From Tricharina praecox (Eukaryota): 64,000 bases of DNA. Shown piece by piece: positions 12,166-24,419 of this stretch. The stretch spans positions 434,001-498,000 of the forward strand of contig NW_026250423.1 of assembly GCF_024521635.1 (NCBI RefSeq), in the 5' to 3' direction. Numbering within the stretch: position 1 is the first letter of the stretch; every line of letters begins with the position of its first letter. The translations under genes and the position numbers were made by a program. The notes below the pieces were generated by a model that was not told the DNA's origin, made no database searches, and worked only from the letters and a program-made list of their open reading frames with translations.

Positions 12166-12882
12166 ATGAAGCTCCCCACGCTCCTCACCCTCCCCCTCTT
12201 GGCCCTCTTGGCCCTCGCCGCCACGCCCGCGCCCGTGCCCATAGAGCTGCACCTAATGTCGCAATGTCCCGACGCCGTCTCCTGCCTCCGCTCACTGATC
12301 ACCCCGGCACTCCCCTCCCTGCTCAACATCTCCACGCTCCGACTGACCTTCATCGGCACCGCCGCGTCAGGCGGTGGTATATCGTGTCCCCACGGGCCTT
12401 CAGAATGTCTCGGCGACATGCTGCACCTGTGCGGCGCCGCGCTGTCGACGCCGCCCATGCCCGCGCCCGTCGAGAGGTACTGGGGGTTCACGACGTGTCT
12501 CTTTGACGACTATGGACGAGTAGCAGAGGAGGGGTTTGTCAAGGGGTGCACGGAGAGGGTGAAGGGTGCGGGGTGGGGGTTTGAGGAGCTCAATGCCTGC
12601 GTTAGTGACCTGGGACCAGGGGGCGGGCAGCAGTTGCTGCATGAGAGTGTGCGCCGCACGCAGGAGACGGGGGTGAAAACGAGTTGTACGGTCAGGGTGG
12701 CGGGGAGGACGGTGTGTGTTAGGGATGGCGGCGTGTGGAAACAGTGTGAGGGCGGGAGTAGGCCCGAGGATCTAGTCAGGCAGGTGAGGGAGGCGTATGA
12801 GCGGAACGGGATGGGGAGGAGCGTGAGGGAGCAGGTGCTAAGGGAGGGGGCGGTGGAGGGGAATAGGTGGATGGAGTTGTAA
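12166..12882 (+). CDS. secreted/vacuolar GILT (gamma-interferon-inducible lysosomal thiol reductase) family protein
   Basis: Hydrophobic signal peptide. VPIELHLMSQCPDA active-site region, CPHGPSECLGD (GILT CxHGx2ECx2N-like signature) and GVKTSCTVRV...CVRDGG.W typical of fungal GILT-like proteins. Confidence 0.85.
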   Translation: MKLPTLLTLPLLALLALAATPAPVPIELHLMSQCPDAVSCLRSLITPALPSLLNISTLRLTFIGTAASGGGISCPHGPSECLGDMLHLCGAALSTPPMPAPVERYWGFTTCLFDDYGRVAEEGFVKGCTERVKGAGWGFEELNACVSDLGPGGGQQLLHESVRRTQETGVKTSCTVRVAGRTVCVRDGGVWKQCEGGSRPEDLVRQVREAYERNGMGRSVREQVLREGAVEGNRWMEL

Positions 12883-14625
12883 CTTGTAGGACATGTCGTG
12901 GCCCTGCGAAATGCAGTAGGAGGTTTCATGGGCTTCCTGGGGGTTTTCTCGGTTGATTCTTCATGGGATGTTACGCCTTTTTGTCCTGCAAGATTCAAGT
13001 TGTTTCCCTTCTCTTGTCGGTTCTGAGCTTATTGATCGTTCATATTTTGGCACCACAATGGCACGCGATTAAGGTATGCATATTTTCACATGTATCTCAT
13101 CCTCTCGATTGTATCAACCTAGGTAGACACTTTACTGGCTCAAAATTCTTCACATATGGAATTATTCCTTAGCAAGTACCGCTGACCGGCAATCCAACGC
13201 ATCTATTGCCTGTACAGTAAAGCCGTAGCCTGGCCACCCCCTTCCATTGCAATGCAATCCAACGTCCGCCTTCCGAGCTATCTACGAGAGAGAGAGACAG
13301 ATCTTCCTGCTTTATTTCGCATGCAGCCTATCTAGACTATGGCGCGAGCTATCGACGAGTATCACAACTGTCAACCAGCGGAATCACGAACGAGCCCATC
13401 CCTCCAACCTTGACCTTCAACCTTGACCTTCTGCAGACTGCAGCACATACCTTGTACTCAGATCCGCCGTGCTCTCTTTCGTCTTTCGTCTTTCGTCTTT
13501 CGTCTTAAGTCTTGGACGAATAATGACCTCGTCACCTCGTCATCTCGACCTCGCCTTATCATAGGCCGAACACCAAATACCGGAATGCCAGTGCTGGGCC
13601 ACGACTCACAATCTCTGTAGTCGGGGGAAAAGTTGAAAAAAAGTTGAAAGCGCTGTTGTGGGCCTGTGGGTAGTGGGCACTGCTGGATCATGATTCATGG
13701 GGGATTTGGTTGGATTCTTAGGCGTGTGGCCGCCGCATGTCCGAATACCCATACGCCGTAATTGCAAGGCATTGTGACTTCGTGATTTCGTTGTATGATG
13801 GTATCGGCGGCTTTGGTGCGGGTGCCGTAAATACCTGTAGCCCGTAGGCTGTCCAGTGTCCACTTCGTGAGCACTGATCACTGAGAACCTACATACTTGA
13901 TACTTCTGAGAGTGAGTCTCAGGTCTCTAGTAGCACCATATCCAAAGAACAATGGCATCGATTCGCTGGAAGTGTGACTCGTGAGGACTTGTATCGACGG
14001 GAGATAGGCGCGCCGCACAACCCGACTACAGCTACAACTACAGATTCCCTGAACCAGTCAAGGGGCCTTGGGATGAGTTGCCAACTGCCAAGTTCCAACT
14101 GTTCAATGATACAACGAAAGCCCCCGAACCGTCGGGCCAGTAACCAGTACCGTAGAGTAGGTACCAAGTAATCTCTGAAGTAATCTCTGCGAAAAAGAAG
14201 TAGATACATCACATCGAGCCCAGTACAAATACCCTTCGTCGTCGTCCGTCGTCATCCCCGTCGCCCGATCAAATCCTCGAAAACCAACCAATTGCAGAAA
14301 ACTCATTCGAAGTTTACAAAAAGACCTCTAGGTAAAGCATACAGCAAAAAAAAACAAAAAAAAACAGAACACACAAAAGAACACACCCAACCTAGGAAAG
14401 ATAGGAAGGGAACAGGAACAACACAACAGCAAGCAACCACACCAACCCTTTTTTTACCCATTACCAGAGAAAAGCAACCGGCTCCTAAAGAAAAGAAAAA
14501 AGAGACCCCCAGAACAGAATTAGAATCTAGAAAAAGAAGAGTCCCGTAGTACCCTCCCCCCGTATGAGTCGTGCTGATCTAATCTAAGTGAGCGTGTTAG
14601 TAACGCCGTTGCCGGTGGCGGTCTG

Positions 14626-17600
14626 CTACTGGGCCTTGGCCTTCTTCGGGGTCTTCGCGGTCTTAGCCTTCTTGGCGGACTTCGGGGGCGCATACGAGTC
14701 GACAGTCTTCCTCCTGCGCTTCTTGCCGGCGGTTTCATCCTCCATGAATAGGGCGGGCATCTCGTCGACCGGGGTGGCGACCTCGCTTCCCTGGACGGTA
14801 GTGCCATCCATGGTGAGTTCCGGCGGGGCGGCATCGCGACGTTCCTTCTCTGCTTCCCAGGCCTTGACTTTCTCCTCGCAAAGCGCCTTAGAGTCGATGT
14901 CGTACGTGTGGAGATGGATGCAGTGTTCACACTTAATCCAGAACGCCTGCTCGATGGGGCCGAAGTTGAGAAGATCGAGCTCGGGAAGGCTCTCTCCGAT
15001 CAATTCGGTCTGCTCCCAGTTCAGACAGTCCTCACAGTATCCATTCTCACACCAACGGCAACGGAAGATGAGACCTCCGGCGTTAACTATGAAATTCTGA
15101 TTAGCGATTGTAACTGTATGCGGAAAGGAAGTGGGTAATACCTGTCTTCTGCTGACACTCGACACATTCGTGCTGAGGGCAGTAGAAATGTCCGACCTTA
15201 CTACCCTTAAGCCTAGGCTGAAAGTCTTCGGGAAGACATCCGTCATGATATACCCTGGGGCAGCCAGAACACGTGTGTAGAGTTCCTCCATTAAAGCAAA
15301 TCTGACAGTAGTCCTGGTGCTCGATAGCCTTCCTCTTGCGCTTGGGAGGCTCCGCAAGTCTAGGGTCTTTACCGGCGAACGTGGCAACGGCTTCCCAAGT
15401 GTCGTTACCGATAGTCTCCTTCAAGACGGGGTGACCATCAACCATGACAACACGTTCCATGCCCATGCGCCTGTCAGAACGAGCCCAGTCCTTCGCGATG
15501 TCCTTGTTGGAATCGGTCGATTTCTCGTGTCGTTTTCCTTCGAAAACGCGGGTCTCGACACGCTCCATCTCGGAAAGCCAACGACGCTCTTCTTCAGCCG
15601 TTTCATCGCTGATACCCTCCTTGTTCTCGGTCTCCATCTTCTCTTGATAGTCACGGCACTTCTGGATGGTAGTCTCCCAATCCCATTGCAGCATCTCCGT
15701 GGGGTCGATCTCAGGCCTTGCAATGGCACGAGAACCAGAGCGAACAAGAGCCATCAGCTGGTTGGTCGACAGCGTGGGGAGATTGTCTTCGGTGTCGCCG
15801 TTGAGACCAGCGGATGAAGTCTGCGTGTGAATATCACGCATTGCTTCGGTGACCTTCGCCGAGAGGTACAGCTTCTTCCGGATGCGGCCCATCATCTGCT
15901 CTTCCACCGTACCCTGAGTGATCAGACGGTAGATGGTAACCGGATTCACCTGGCCGATTCTGTGGGCACGGGCCTGCGCTTGAAGATCGGCCTGCGGGTT
16001 CCAGTCGGACTCCAACATGACCACATCAGACGCACTCGCCAGGTTGATACCCAGTCCTCCGGCGCGAGTCGAAATCAACATAACCTTATAATTGGGGTCA
16101 TTATTAAAAAGTCTGATTCCGAGGTTTCGTCTGGCTCTCGGTGTGGTGCCATCTAGTCGACCAAACTTGAACTTGCTGCCATCGCCTCCCTTGAGATGCA
16201 AGAAATCTTCGCAGACGTCGAGCATCTTGGTGAACCCTGAGAAGATCAGAACCTTCTTCCCTTGGTTCATGCAAAGCTCGTCGATGAGCTTATCGAGGAA
16301 GATCATTTTCGACGACGCCAACATGATCGTAGCGGAGTGATCCGCCACGCTCTCGGGTTCTGCATTGGGGAGAAGGTACGGGTGATCGCAGCACTAGAAG
16401 CATGTGAGCATGAAACAGTAAAAAGAACTTCACCCGGGAGGGGCATACCTTGCGTAGCTGCATCAATAGATTCATGAGTTTTCTCCACTTTCCGTCCGAT
16501 GAAGTGCTCTCCGCCACAGCCTGCTCAACGATCTTCTTGGTGTCGCCCCACTGGTCGATCTCAAGCTCTTCCAACTCCTGATCGTTGACGATGTGCTCGC
16601 CCCTGATCCCATCTTCGGTCTTGATAGGATCCTGTTGCACTTTCTCCTTTGAGTTTGCAAAAACACCCTCGAGAAGTCCCTTGTCGAGCCTGGTCAGGAG
16701 TCGCTTGTACCAGAATCTCTGCATGGGTGTCAGAGGCAGGAACATGATCACTTCCGTCTTCGTGGGCAGTCCAAGATTAACTCCGATGCTCTCTTTCATA
16801 CGACGAAGCATGACCAACTCGAGGAGCTTCCGAGCGTTGTCCATGACACTGAGATCATTCTTGCCGAGAGTTAGGTCGAAAGCATCGCTGAACAGTTTCA
16901 TCGTCTGTTCCGTGAAGACATCCGGGTACAACCAGTGAAGCAGTGCCCAAAGCTCGGTGAGGTTATTCTGGAGAGGCGTTCCGGTCAAGATCAAGCGATA
17001 TTCGGCGGCGAGTCCCTGCAGCGCCAATGCGATGTTCGTCTTGTCATTTTTGATCTTGTGTCCTTCATCCAAAGCAACATAACGCCAGACAAACGCACGG
17101 CGAAACCAAGCCTTCTCACGCTCAAAGACCTCGTAGCTGGTTACAACGACATCGTATCCGCGTCCTTCGCCTTCGGAATCGTCTGCACCGAATAGCTCAC
17201 CGGTCTCGGCCACCTTCTTGAGTCTCGCACGCTCTGTAGTAGGTCCGTGAAAGCGCAGGACACGCAAATGAGGAGTCCATTTCTTGCACTCCGCTATCCA
17301 GGAAGAAAGCACCGAGAGTGGGCAAACTACCAAGAACGGACGCTGATGTCCTGCGGGCACCGGCTCGTAGGTGGTAAGGTACGAGAACAGAGACAGTGTC
17401 TGCAGAGTCTTGCCTGTACTTCATGTAAGCGTCCGAATAGTCGGGGCTACGGAGCGGGAGGAAACATACCAAGACCCATCTCATCACCTAAGATGCCAGA
17501 AGCACCGTTCCTGTAGAGCCAGAGCAGGTACGAAAGGCCAGACAACTGATAAGGTTTCATGGTAGCTTTGACACTGCAGATTCCGTTAGATACATCTCAG

Positions 17601-19157
17601 GTGTCATTGGGCAACAGATACATACTGTTTGGGCTGTTTGTCCAAGAGCTCATAAGGAACCACTTCTGGATACTTGATGGTTTCAACGCGTTCTTTCTGG
17701 TCGTCTTCGGCCTTGACATTATCCCGGACCTCGACTTCGAACTTGGCATTGCCATCCTCAAGCTTGACGCCATTCACCGGGGCCTCAGTCTTCACCGAGT
17801 TGGGCTCGCCAGTAACATTTGACTCCGCCTTGACAGGAATCTGAGGGCTGTCCTTCATCGTGACGTCCGGATTCGAGGCAGACTCCAGGAGTCTCTTCTC
17901 AGCCAGTTTGGCGATGTAATTCTTCTCTGGCAGTAAAGGCTCATACAGGTCCCTGTACTTAATGTAGAATTCGTCCCGCTTTCTCTTGGTCTCCTCGAGT
18001 AACATGCGAATCTCCGTCCTAACAGAATATTCGCCCTCGTCATCTCCATCTCCGACCTCATCCGGATAGTTCGGGTCCCCGGCATCGGGCAGAACACACG
18101 AGACTCCGGCACGAACACACCCTCCGCACCGTGGCTTCTTCCTATCACACCTGCGTCTCGCATCACGACACGCTTGGCAAGCCTTTCCAGCTGGCAGACG
18201 CTTCTGTAGGTGCTTCTTCTTCCCGGACTTCCGCTTCTTGGTCGTCCGCTTGCGGTTACTAAGCGCAGTATTGCTATCGACGTAGTCGGCCAAACCCGCC
18301 GGAGCAGCGAGCGAGCCACGGGGCCTCAAGGATCGACCTGACCCTACACCACGCTCAGCTCTCTCCTTCACGGGCTCCTTGTTCTCCTCCTGTTCTTCTC
18401 CCTCCTCCTCATCCTCCTCCTCCTCCTCGTCATCATGGTCCTCATCCTGGTGCTCCGAGTCGCTACCCTTCCCATCCGATGAATCCGACGAAATCTCGTA
18501 GAGTCCTACGCTCTCGCGTCTGGGACGGAGTGAGCGACCTCCCGAAGAAGAAGCTGCTGCTGCTGTGGTGGCATTCCCGGCCGCGGCTTCGGATTGGTGG
18601 GCTGCGCGGGAGGAGGTCGAGGCCTTCGAGGAAGGTGCAGCGGGAGCGGGAGGCGCAGAGGCTTTGACGCGCCCTGAGGTGCGCCGGCTGCTAGGTCCAG
18701 GGGAGCCCCCGGATGACGCGCTGGCGGGTGCCATAGCGTACGCGGGGCGGTTGGGATGTTGACGGATTCGCTTGCGCTGATGCTGGTGCCGGTGCTGGGG
18801 CGCGACGCTGGGCTCGGGCTCGGGCTCGGAGTCGGAGGAGATGTAGATGGGACGGCGACTCGAGGAACGGAAAGGGGCAGGAGCGGGAAGGAAGCTGGGT
18901 TGGACGCGAGAGATGGGGAAAGGGTGGTGGTGGGCTGGGAGGTGACGAGGGGCAGCGACGAAAGGAGGTGGAGGTGGTGGGCGAGGCTGCTCTGACTTTT
19001 GAATGTGCGGCGGTGGGGGCAGGAGGAAAGGGTGAACGGGGTTGCTGTCGCCGTTCGAAGCAGAGGAGGAACGCGACAACGACGAGTTTACGGTTGACGC
19101 TAGCGTGTGGGTGGTGGTAGCGCCATCGGTTTTGGTGGCGGACTTGGGCCTGGACAT
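14626..19157 (-). CDS. SNF2-family (ISWI/CHD-like) chromatin-remodelling ATPase with C-terminal PHD/NSD-type Cys-His fingers and an N-terminal Zn(II)2Cys6 motif; introns 17574-17625, 17414-17469, 16394-16448, 15087-15141; start uncertain (ATGs at 19226, 19157, 18734)
   Basis: Motifs [19 protein letters not shown] (Walker A), [17 protein letters not shown] (Walker B), [61 protein letters not shown] region CQIC...[12 protein letters not shown] followed by CPQHECVEC...CRWC...CEDC. Four canonical introns join the ORF-track pieces. Confidence 0.92.
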
Positions 19158-19538
19158 TTCGGGTTTTCGATGCACGAGGCACGCCGCACTTCTTAGAGAG
19201 ACAGAAAGGATGGGAGTCGGATGCATTTATCTACGTGACGATTTGCTATGTACATCCATTCCACGACCGGACCGCACGCCTTTCACGCCGATGTTTGAGC
19301 GTGCGTTCCGTTCACAGCATTTTGGGCGTTTGCCATTTGCTTGTTCTTTCTGCTTGCCCACTCGACGGCTGGAATAGAATATGCACGTTCCCGCGTCGAA
19401 GAATCGCCACCAAGGATGCGGTCGAAGTATTCGAAGCAGTCTAGAGACCTTCCCCAGAATTCGCTGCACCTGGTGGAGTGCGACATTCGAGCAAACGCCG
19501 CATAGCAGACTCTTCACAAGTGAAGCGAACAACGATCG

Positions 19539-19695
19539 CCCTCCTCCCACTCCTCCGCCTCCTCCCACTCCTCCTCCCACTCCTCCTCTCCCACTCCTCC
19601 GCCTCCTCCCACTCCTCCGTCTCCTCCTGCTACTACTCCTCTTTATGCCCCCCTCTCCTCCTCTCCTCCTCTTCATCATCATCCTCCCCTCCTCT
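19539..19695. repeat. C/T-rich degenerate (CCTCCCACT)n low-complexity tract between the divergent SNF2 and hexokinase genes
   Basis: Repeated CCTCCTCCCACT units visible in the sequence. Confidence 0.7.
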
Positions 19696-20444
19696 TTCGC
19701 GGACCACGTGTAAAGAATGTCGATTGAACTTGCTTTTTCGACGCGGTCCACACACAGCAGAAAGCGGCAGTTGCTGCCGATTCCAGGGGGACGCGTTAAG
19801 CATGCGGCTCGTAGCGATACCAAACGAGTGACCCTACATGACACCATTGCCTATCGTCTGGTGGATCAGTTGACAGCGCTGCCGCCGATAAGTTTATATC
19901 TCACCTACCAGATGACGAAAGATGGCTGCGGAAACGAGCTGCTATCTCTGGCTTCCTGGGGACGAGCGTCAATGCCTGCTCGCTAATCCAGACGTTCGGT
20001 GGACACGCTTGGGCCCTGATGGCCGGATGTGTCCACAGATTCGATTAGCGAGTAAAGTAGGCTTCGCCGGGCCCGAGAGGGCGCACCATCCATTGGGTTC
20101 AACGTTGTGGGGCTGTCTTCTGTGTTCTCCCACTTGTTTGACTGCTCTATCCGTTTGTGATGTGCCATCCGAGACTCGCCGTTTCCCCCGCACCGGCGCC
20201 TCCGTGCGCACGAGAAGCGGTCTCCCCCCCTGTCAGGAACGGACCTGAAATAGCAGCTCTCCATGGACCATGGGCCCTGTGACTTCCAGACCTACCTATT
20301 GGAGTGAGGTAGCACAGATGTCTTTCTCGATCTACTCCACCGCTTTCTCTCTCTATCGCCCTCTCTCTCTTCCCCTCTCTATCTCCATCCCTCCCTCCCT
20401 CCTTTTCTCTCCCCTCCTCTCTCTCTCTCGCTCTCTGTTACGCC

Positions 20445-21911
20445 ATGCGCCTGCCAGATACTTTTCTAGCCGAGCTCCGCGCGCCGCTGTCGCAGCTGCC
20501 CGAGCTCGCGCAGAGTTTCGAGAGTACCTTCAACGACATCGCAGCGCACTCTCGCGCACAGTTTCTGCCTACGCCGATCATCTCTCTGCCGGACGGATCC
20601 GAGACAGGAACCTTCCTCGTTCTCGATCTGGGCGGCTCAAATCTTCGTGTTGCCATTGTCGAGCTGCTCGGCAATTCCGGGGGTGATGGGGATGAACGAT
20701 TGAGAATCTCGCCGCAGGGAAGCTGGCTGATACCCGAGTCGCTCAAGAGCGGAACTGCCGATACGCTGTTTGGCTGGGTTGCGCAGCGGACGGCGGAGAT
20801 TGTGCAGGCGTATGTAGCGACGCTGGCGGGAAAGGAGCGGGAGGAGGTATTCGCAGAGGGGATCCGCGTCGGCGTGGCGTTTTCTTTCCCGATGCAGTGA
20901 GTCCCGGGCTACCGTCTTCCTGCCGAACCCAGCTGACGATGCCGCAGACAGGAATCGCACACCTCCGCCGTAATAATGCGTATGGGCAAAGGCTTCACCG
21001 TCGAGCGAACCAACAATCTAGCCGCGCTCCTGTTGAACGCCTACGACGCTCTTCCCGCTACCACCACCGCCACCACTGCCTCCCCGCCCCTGCGCATGAC
21101 CGCAATCACCAACGACTCCGTCGCCACCCTCCTCTCGACCGCGTACCTCCGCCCACCCAGCGCCGGCACCCACGCCGCCGCCGGAATCATCGCGGGCACG
21201 GGCACAAACGCCACCTGTCTCTGCCCTGTCGAAAAGCTTGCCGCTGATAAGCGCCGCGAAGGCGCACAGGTGATTTTGATGAACACGGAGTGGAGTCTCT
21301 ACGGCACACTGCCGTCGCTGGTGCCGATCCGGACGGCGTGGGATGAGGACCTGGCTGCGCGTAGCGAGAAGCCGGGGTTCCAGCCGTTTGAGGAGATGGT
21401 GGGCGGGAGGTATCTCGGCGAGCTGGTGAGACTGGCGGCGGTGGAGTTATTTGCTGCCGCCGGGGATGTGCCGCTGCCGCAGATATTGACGATGCCCTAT
21501 GCGGTCGATACAAAGCTGTGCTCGAAGGTCGAGGGGGCGGCATCGGTGGACGCCGCGACGGAGGTGCTGCGGACATACTTTGGCTCGGGCTCGGCGGAGT
21601 TCTGGGATGCGCAGCGAACCGCTGCGTTCCGGGAGATTGCGGGAGCGGTCTCGGACCGTGCCGCGGCACTCGTTGCCGCTGCGACCATTGGCGTGCTCGC
21701 CGTCAATGACGAGCTGGCGGGCGGGAATAGGAAGGTCGTCGTAGGGTTCACGGGGACGGTGCTGGAGCTGTACTGGAGGTTCAGAGAGAGGTGTCAACAG
21801 TTTCTGGATGTACTGGCGGGAGTGGGGAAGGTGGAACTCGTCGGCGCCAGGGATGGCGGCGTTATTGGCGCGGCTGTACTGGCTGCTATGGTGGAGGCGG
21901 GGACTACGTGA
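20445..21911 (+). CDS. hexokinase-family protein, atypical XprF/HxkD- or N-acetylglucosamine-kinase-like branch (exons 20445-20896, 20948-21911)
   Basis: LPDGSETGTFLVLDLGGSNLRV (phosphate 1), FSFPM, MGKGF, TNDSVATLLS (catalytic Asp), GIIAGTGTNA, NTEWS, FQPFEEMVGGRYLGELVRL and DGGVIGAA. Intron GTGAGT...GCTGAC...GCAG. Confidence 0.9.
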
Positions 21912-22114
21912 TGGTTGGAACTTGGAAGGTATCCTTACATACGAAGTACTTGAAACGACGTTGGCGGGGAGGAGATAGCGAGGCGTGGTGTTGGTAAACT
22001 ATAGACAGGATGTCGGGATTCTGCAGACCTAGATGGATATTAGAGACTTCAATACCTCAGTTCGCCACGGCAATGGTTAATCGTTCACATGGCGCAATTC
22101 ATATGCTTGGACAG

Positions 22115-22260
22115 CTAGAGCTGCTGGAGCTGCCGGATCGAATAAAAGCTGCCATGTCGATCAAAAGCTTCTGGAACGCATAAAAGCTGCTCGATCAAAT
22201 GAAATCTGCCAGATCGAATACTTAAAAGCTTCCGGAACGAATAAAAGCTTCCATATCTAC
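22115..22260. repeat. degenerate array of (GAA)TAAAAGCT(G/T)C units, probably a subterminal repeat of a DNA-transposon relic
   Basis: AAAAGCT recurs at about 22144, 22163, 22182, 22224 and 22243, with GATCGAAT/GGAACG spacers. The region begins with TAGAGCTG, which resembles a hAT terminus. Confidence 0.4.
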
Positions 22261-24156
22261 CTAATAAGAGCCGCCAGCCTGCTAGCTCGATTATCCTGCT
22301 TCTCGGCTGTCGGGCTGAGCTGTTAAGATTCCTATGCAGCTCCAGATTTTGTATGTATAACAGTAGAAGCGGGAAGTCGGTGGCTCTCGGCTGAGGAGCT
22401 GCACCAAGCATCGGCGGCAAGCTCGTATGCATACTTCATATAGTAGTCCTCGGACACGGTTTTAACTTTTGTGTTCCTCTCAGTCTCAATTATTGCCCTC
22501 TATGAGGCCTGAGAAATGGCGTCGTGCCCTAGATGCGGCGAGCGGGGATAGGCCTGAGGGGGCCGTGGCCGTGGGAAACCCTGCCGCCCACCCCCGGTCC
22601 GCCTCATGGCAGAGCACTCGGTACCTACTTAACTACAGAAAGTTGAATCGACTGGTGCGATAAGCCTGAGCCACTGGCAAAAAAGTGACCACAATGCCAG
22701 GCCCTCCAACATTTGGCCGGTGCAAACAGGAACGCTGGTTAAAACAGTTCAGTTCTGGTTTGTTTCGTTTTCCGTTCCCAGCTCTTGGTATCCCATCTCG
22801 AACATCATCGGGGGGGGAGTGAGACTCACGTTCTGCGGCTTGACGGGCGAGGGCTCAACGGCGGCGGCGGCCTACTACTACTCGGGAGAACTGGTGGGGA
22901 CAACGAAATACGGAATACCCATTGCGAGATAGTGAGTGTGTGTGTGTGTAGGAGGACTGTGACGAGTGTAAACGGTGTTATGAGCGAAAAATTAGTGAGG
23001 ATAGGCTTGAGTCGAGTGGCTGGCGATGATGAAGATGGTACGAGAGATGGAGGAAAGGGAAGGGATAGCGGACGAACCAAGGACTTTATATCTGGTATGT
23101 AATTGGTCACGCTTCCCGTTGAGTCGTTTGGACAGAATTCTATCAGAGATATAGAGCCACTGGAACTTGAACCTTGTGACGGTTCCTTTCGGTGGGTTTG
23201 CTCGAAATCTGCTTCTATTACGGGTATGTCCGAAAGCCAAAGCCAAAGCCAAAAAACGTTTAGATTGCATCAATACTTGCCCCGTACTTGAGCTTCTTTC
23301 CTGATTACCGGTTTTCCGCGCTGCACTGTATCATACCACAGGGGATTGAGATGTGTACTAGTGCATGTCCCCACCAAAGGGTTGAAGTATGTACATACAC
23401 TAGGTAACAATTTTTGTCCTCTGCGAGGAAAGAAGGAAGAGGAAGAGTCCCGTGGTGGATTTCAGGCTTCAGCAGGTGGTGGTGGTCCAGACCGTCCACC
23501 GCCCACCGAAACCGCCCACTCTGGCCATGGGGATATGACTCGACCAACCACACATACTTGCATACACGTGTCTGTGCTACTCCGCTTCTAGGTAGCCGGC
23601 GGGAAAAAGATAAGTTTTCATGAACGATCCAGCGGCGGGGGCGTACTGCTTATGCATACCATCCTCAAACTTCAGCAGTGACATACCCAAGCTTTAAAGT
23701 TTGCCTTTGGTTGTAGGCATTATACGCACGATCTTTTTTTTAAGCATTTTAAGCATTTTAGCATTCGATCTTAGTAGACCATGGCTGTAGTACTTATCAA
23801 TGCATAATCTAATGGGCTCACGCAAACAAGAAATATGGCGAGCATGAGTGATAGGTTATGTATGATAGGACCGTACTACTCGGCCGTCATCACCGGCCAC
23901 CAGGATCTCGCTTCTCCCGGTCCGGTAGCCAACGTACGATACTCGCTTTCTCATGGGACATTCACTCATCGGCCGTGCCTATAGGTAGTACCCCCGATTC
24001 CCCACCCCCGTCCCAAACCGAACCGAGCCGAAATCTCTCCCGCATACCCACCGGCCCCCATCCCGCTACCTTACACCCCTCGCGCCGCCCTTACTGCGCA
24101 GCCGTTGAGCGAAGCAGTACGTGGAAAGCCACGACCATGGTCCATATACCTACCTA

Positions 24157-24410
24157 AAGTACTAGGTAGGTCAAAAGTTTTCGCACAGGGGCCATTTTAC
24201 ACTAAAAATGCCCCTTTTTCATGCAACGTAAATCTAACCTCCACCTGGCCGAAGAAAAATCATCTCTTTCATAGAAGCCTTAAGATCATAAGCTTTTTCA
24301 TCGATAAAAAACTTGACTTTTACCTCGGATTGGTGGTGTACGATGTTGTATTGTGCAAAAGTTGAAAAAGTGGCATCAGATTTTTGTATGGAGCTCCTAT
24401 AGAGAGATGT
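24157..24410. mobile_element. truncated copy of the Tc1/mariner-type MITE (one end only), inverted relative to the copy at 34817-35449
   Basis: TA|AAGTACTAGGTAGGTCAAAAGTTTTCGCACAGGGGCCATTTTACACTAAAAATGCCC... aligns by eye over about 250 nt with the reverse complement of about 35200-35449. Shared blocks include TCTTTCATAGAAGC, CCTCGGA.TGGTGG and GATTTT(T)GTAT. Confidence 0.8.
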
Positions 24411-24419
24411 ACGTCTTAC

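Noticed and set aside
5140..12882. MFS, ankyrin, ALDH and GILT as a metabolic gene cluster
   Set aside because: There is no backbone enzyme or coherent pathway; it looks like an ordinary gene neighbourhood.
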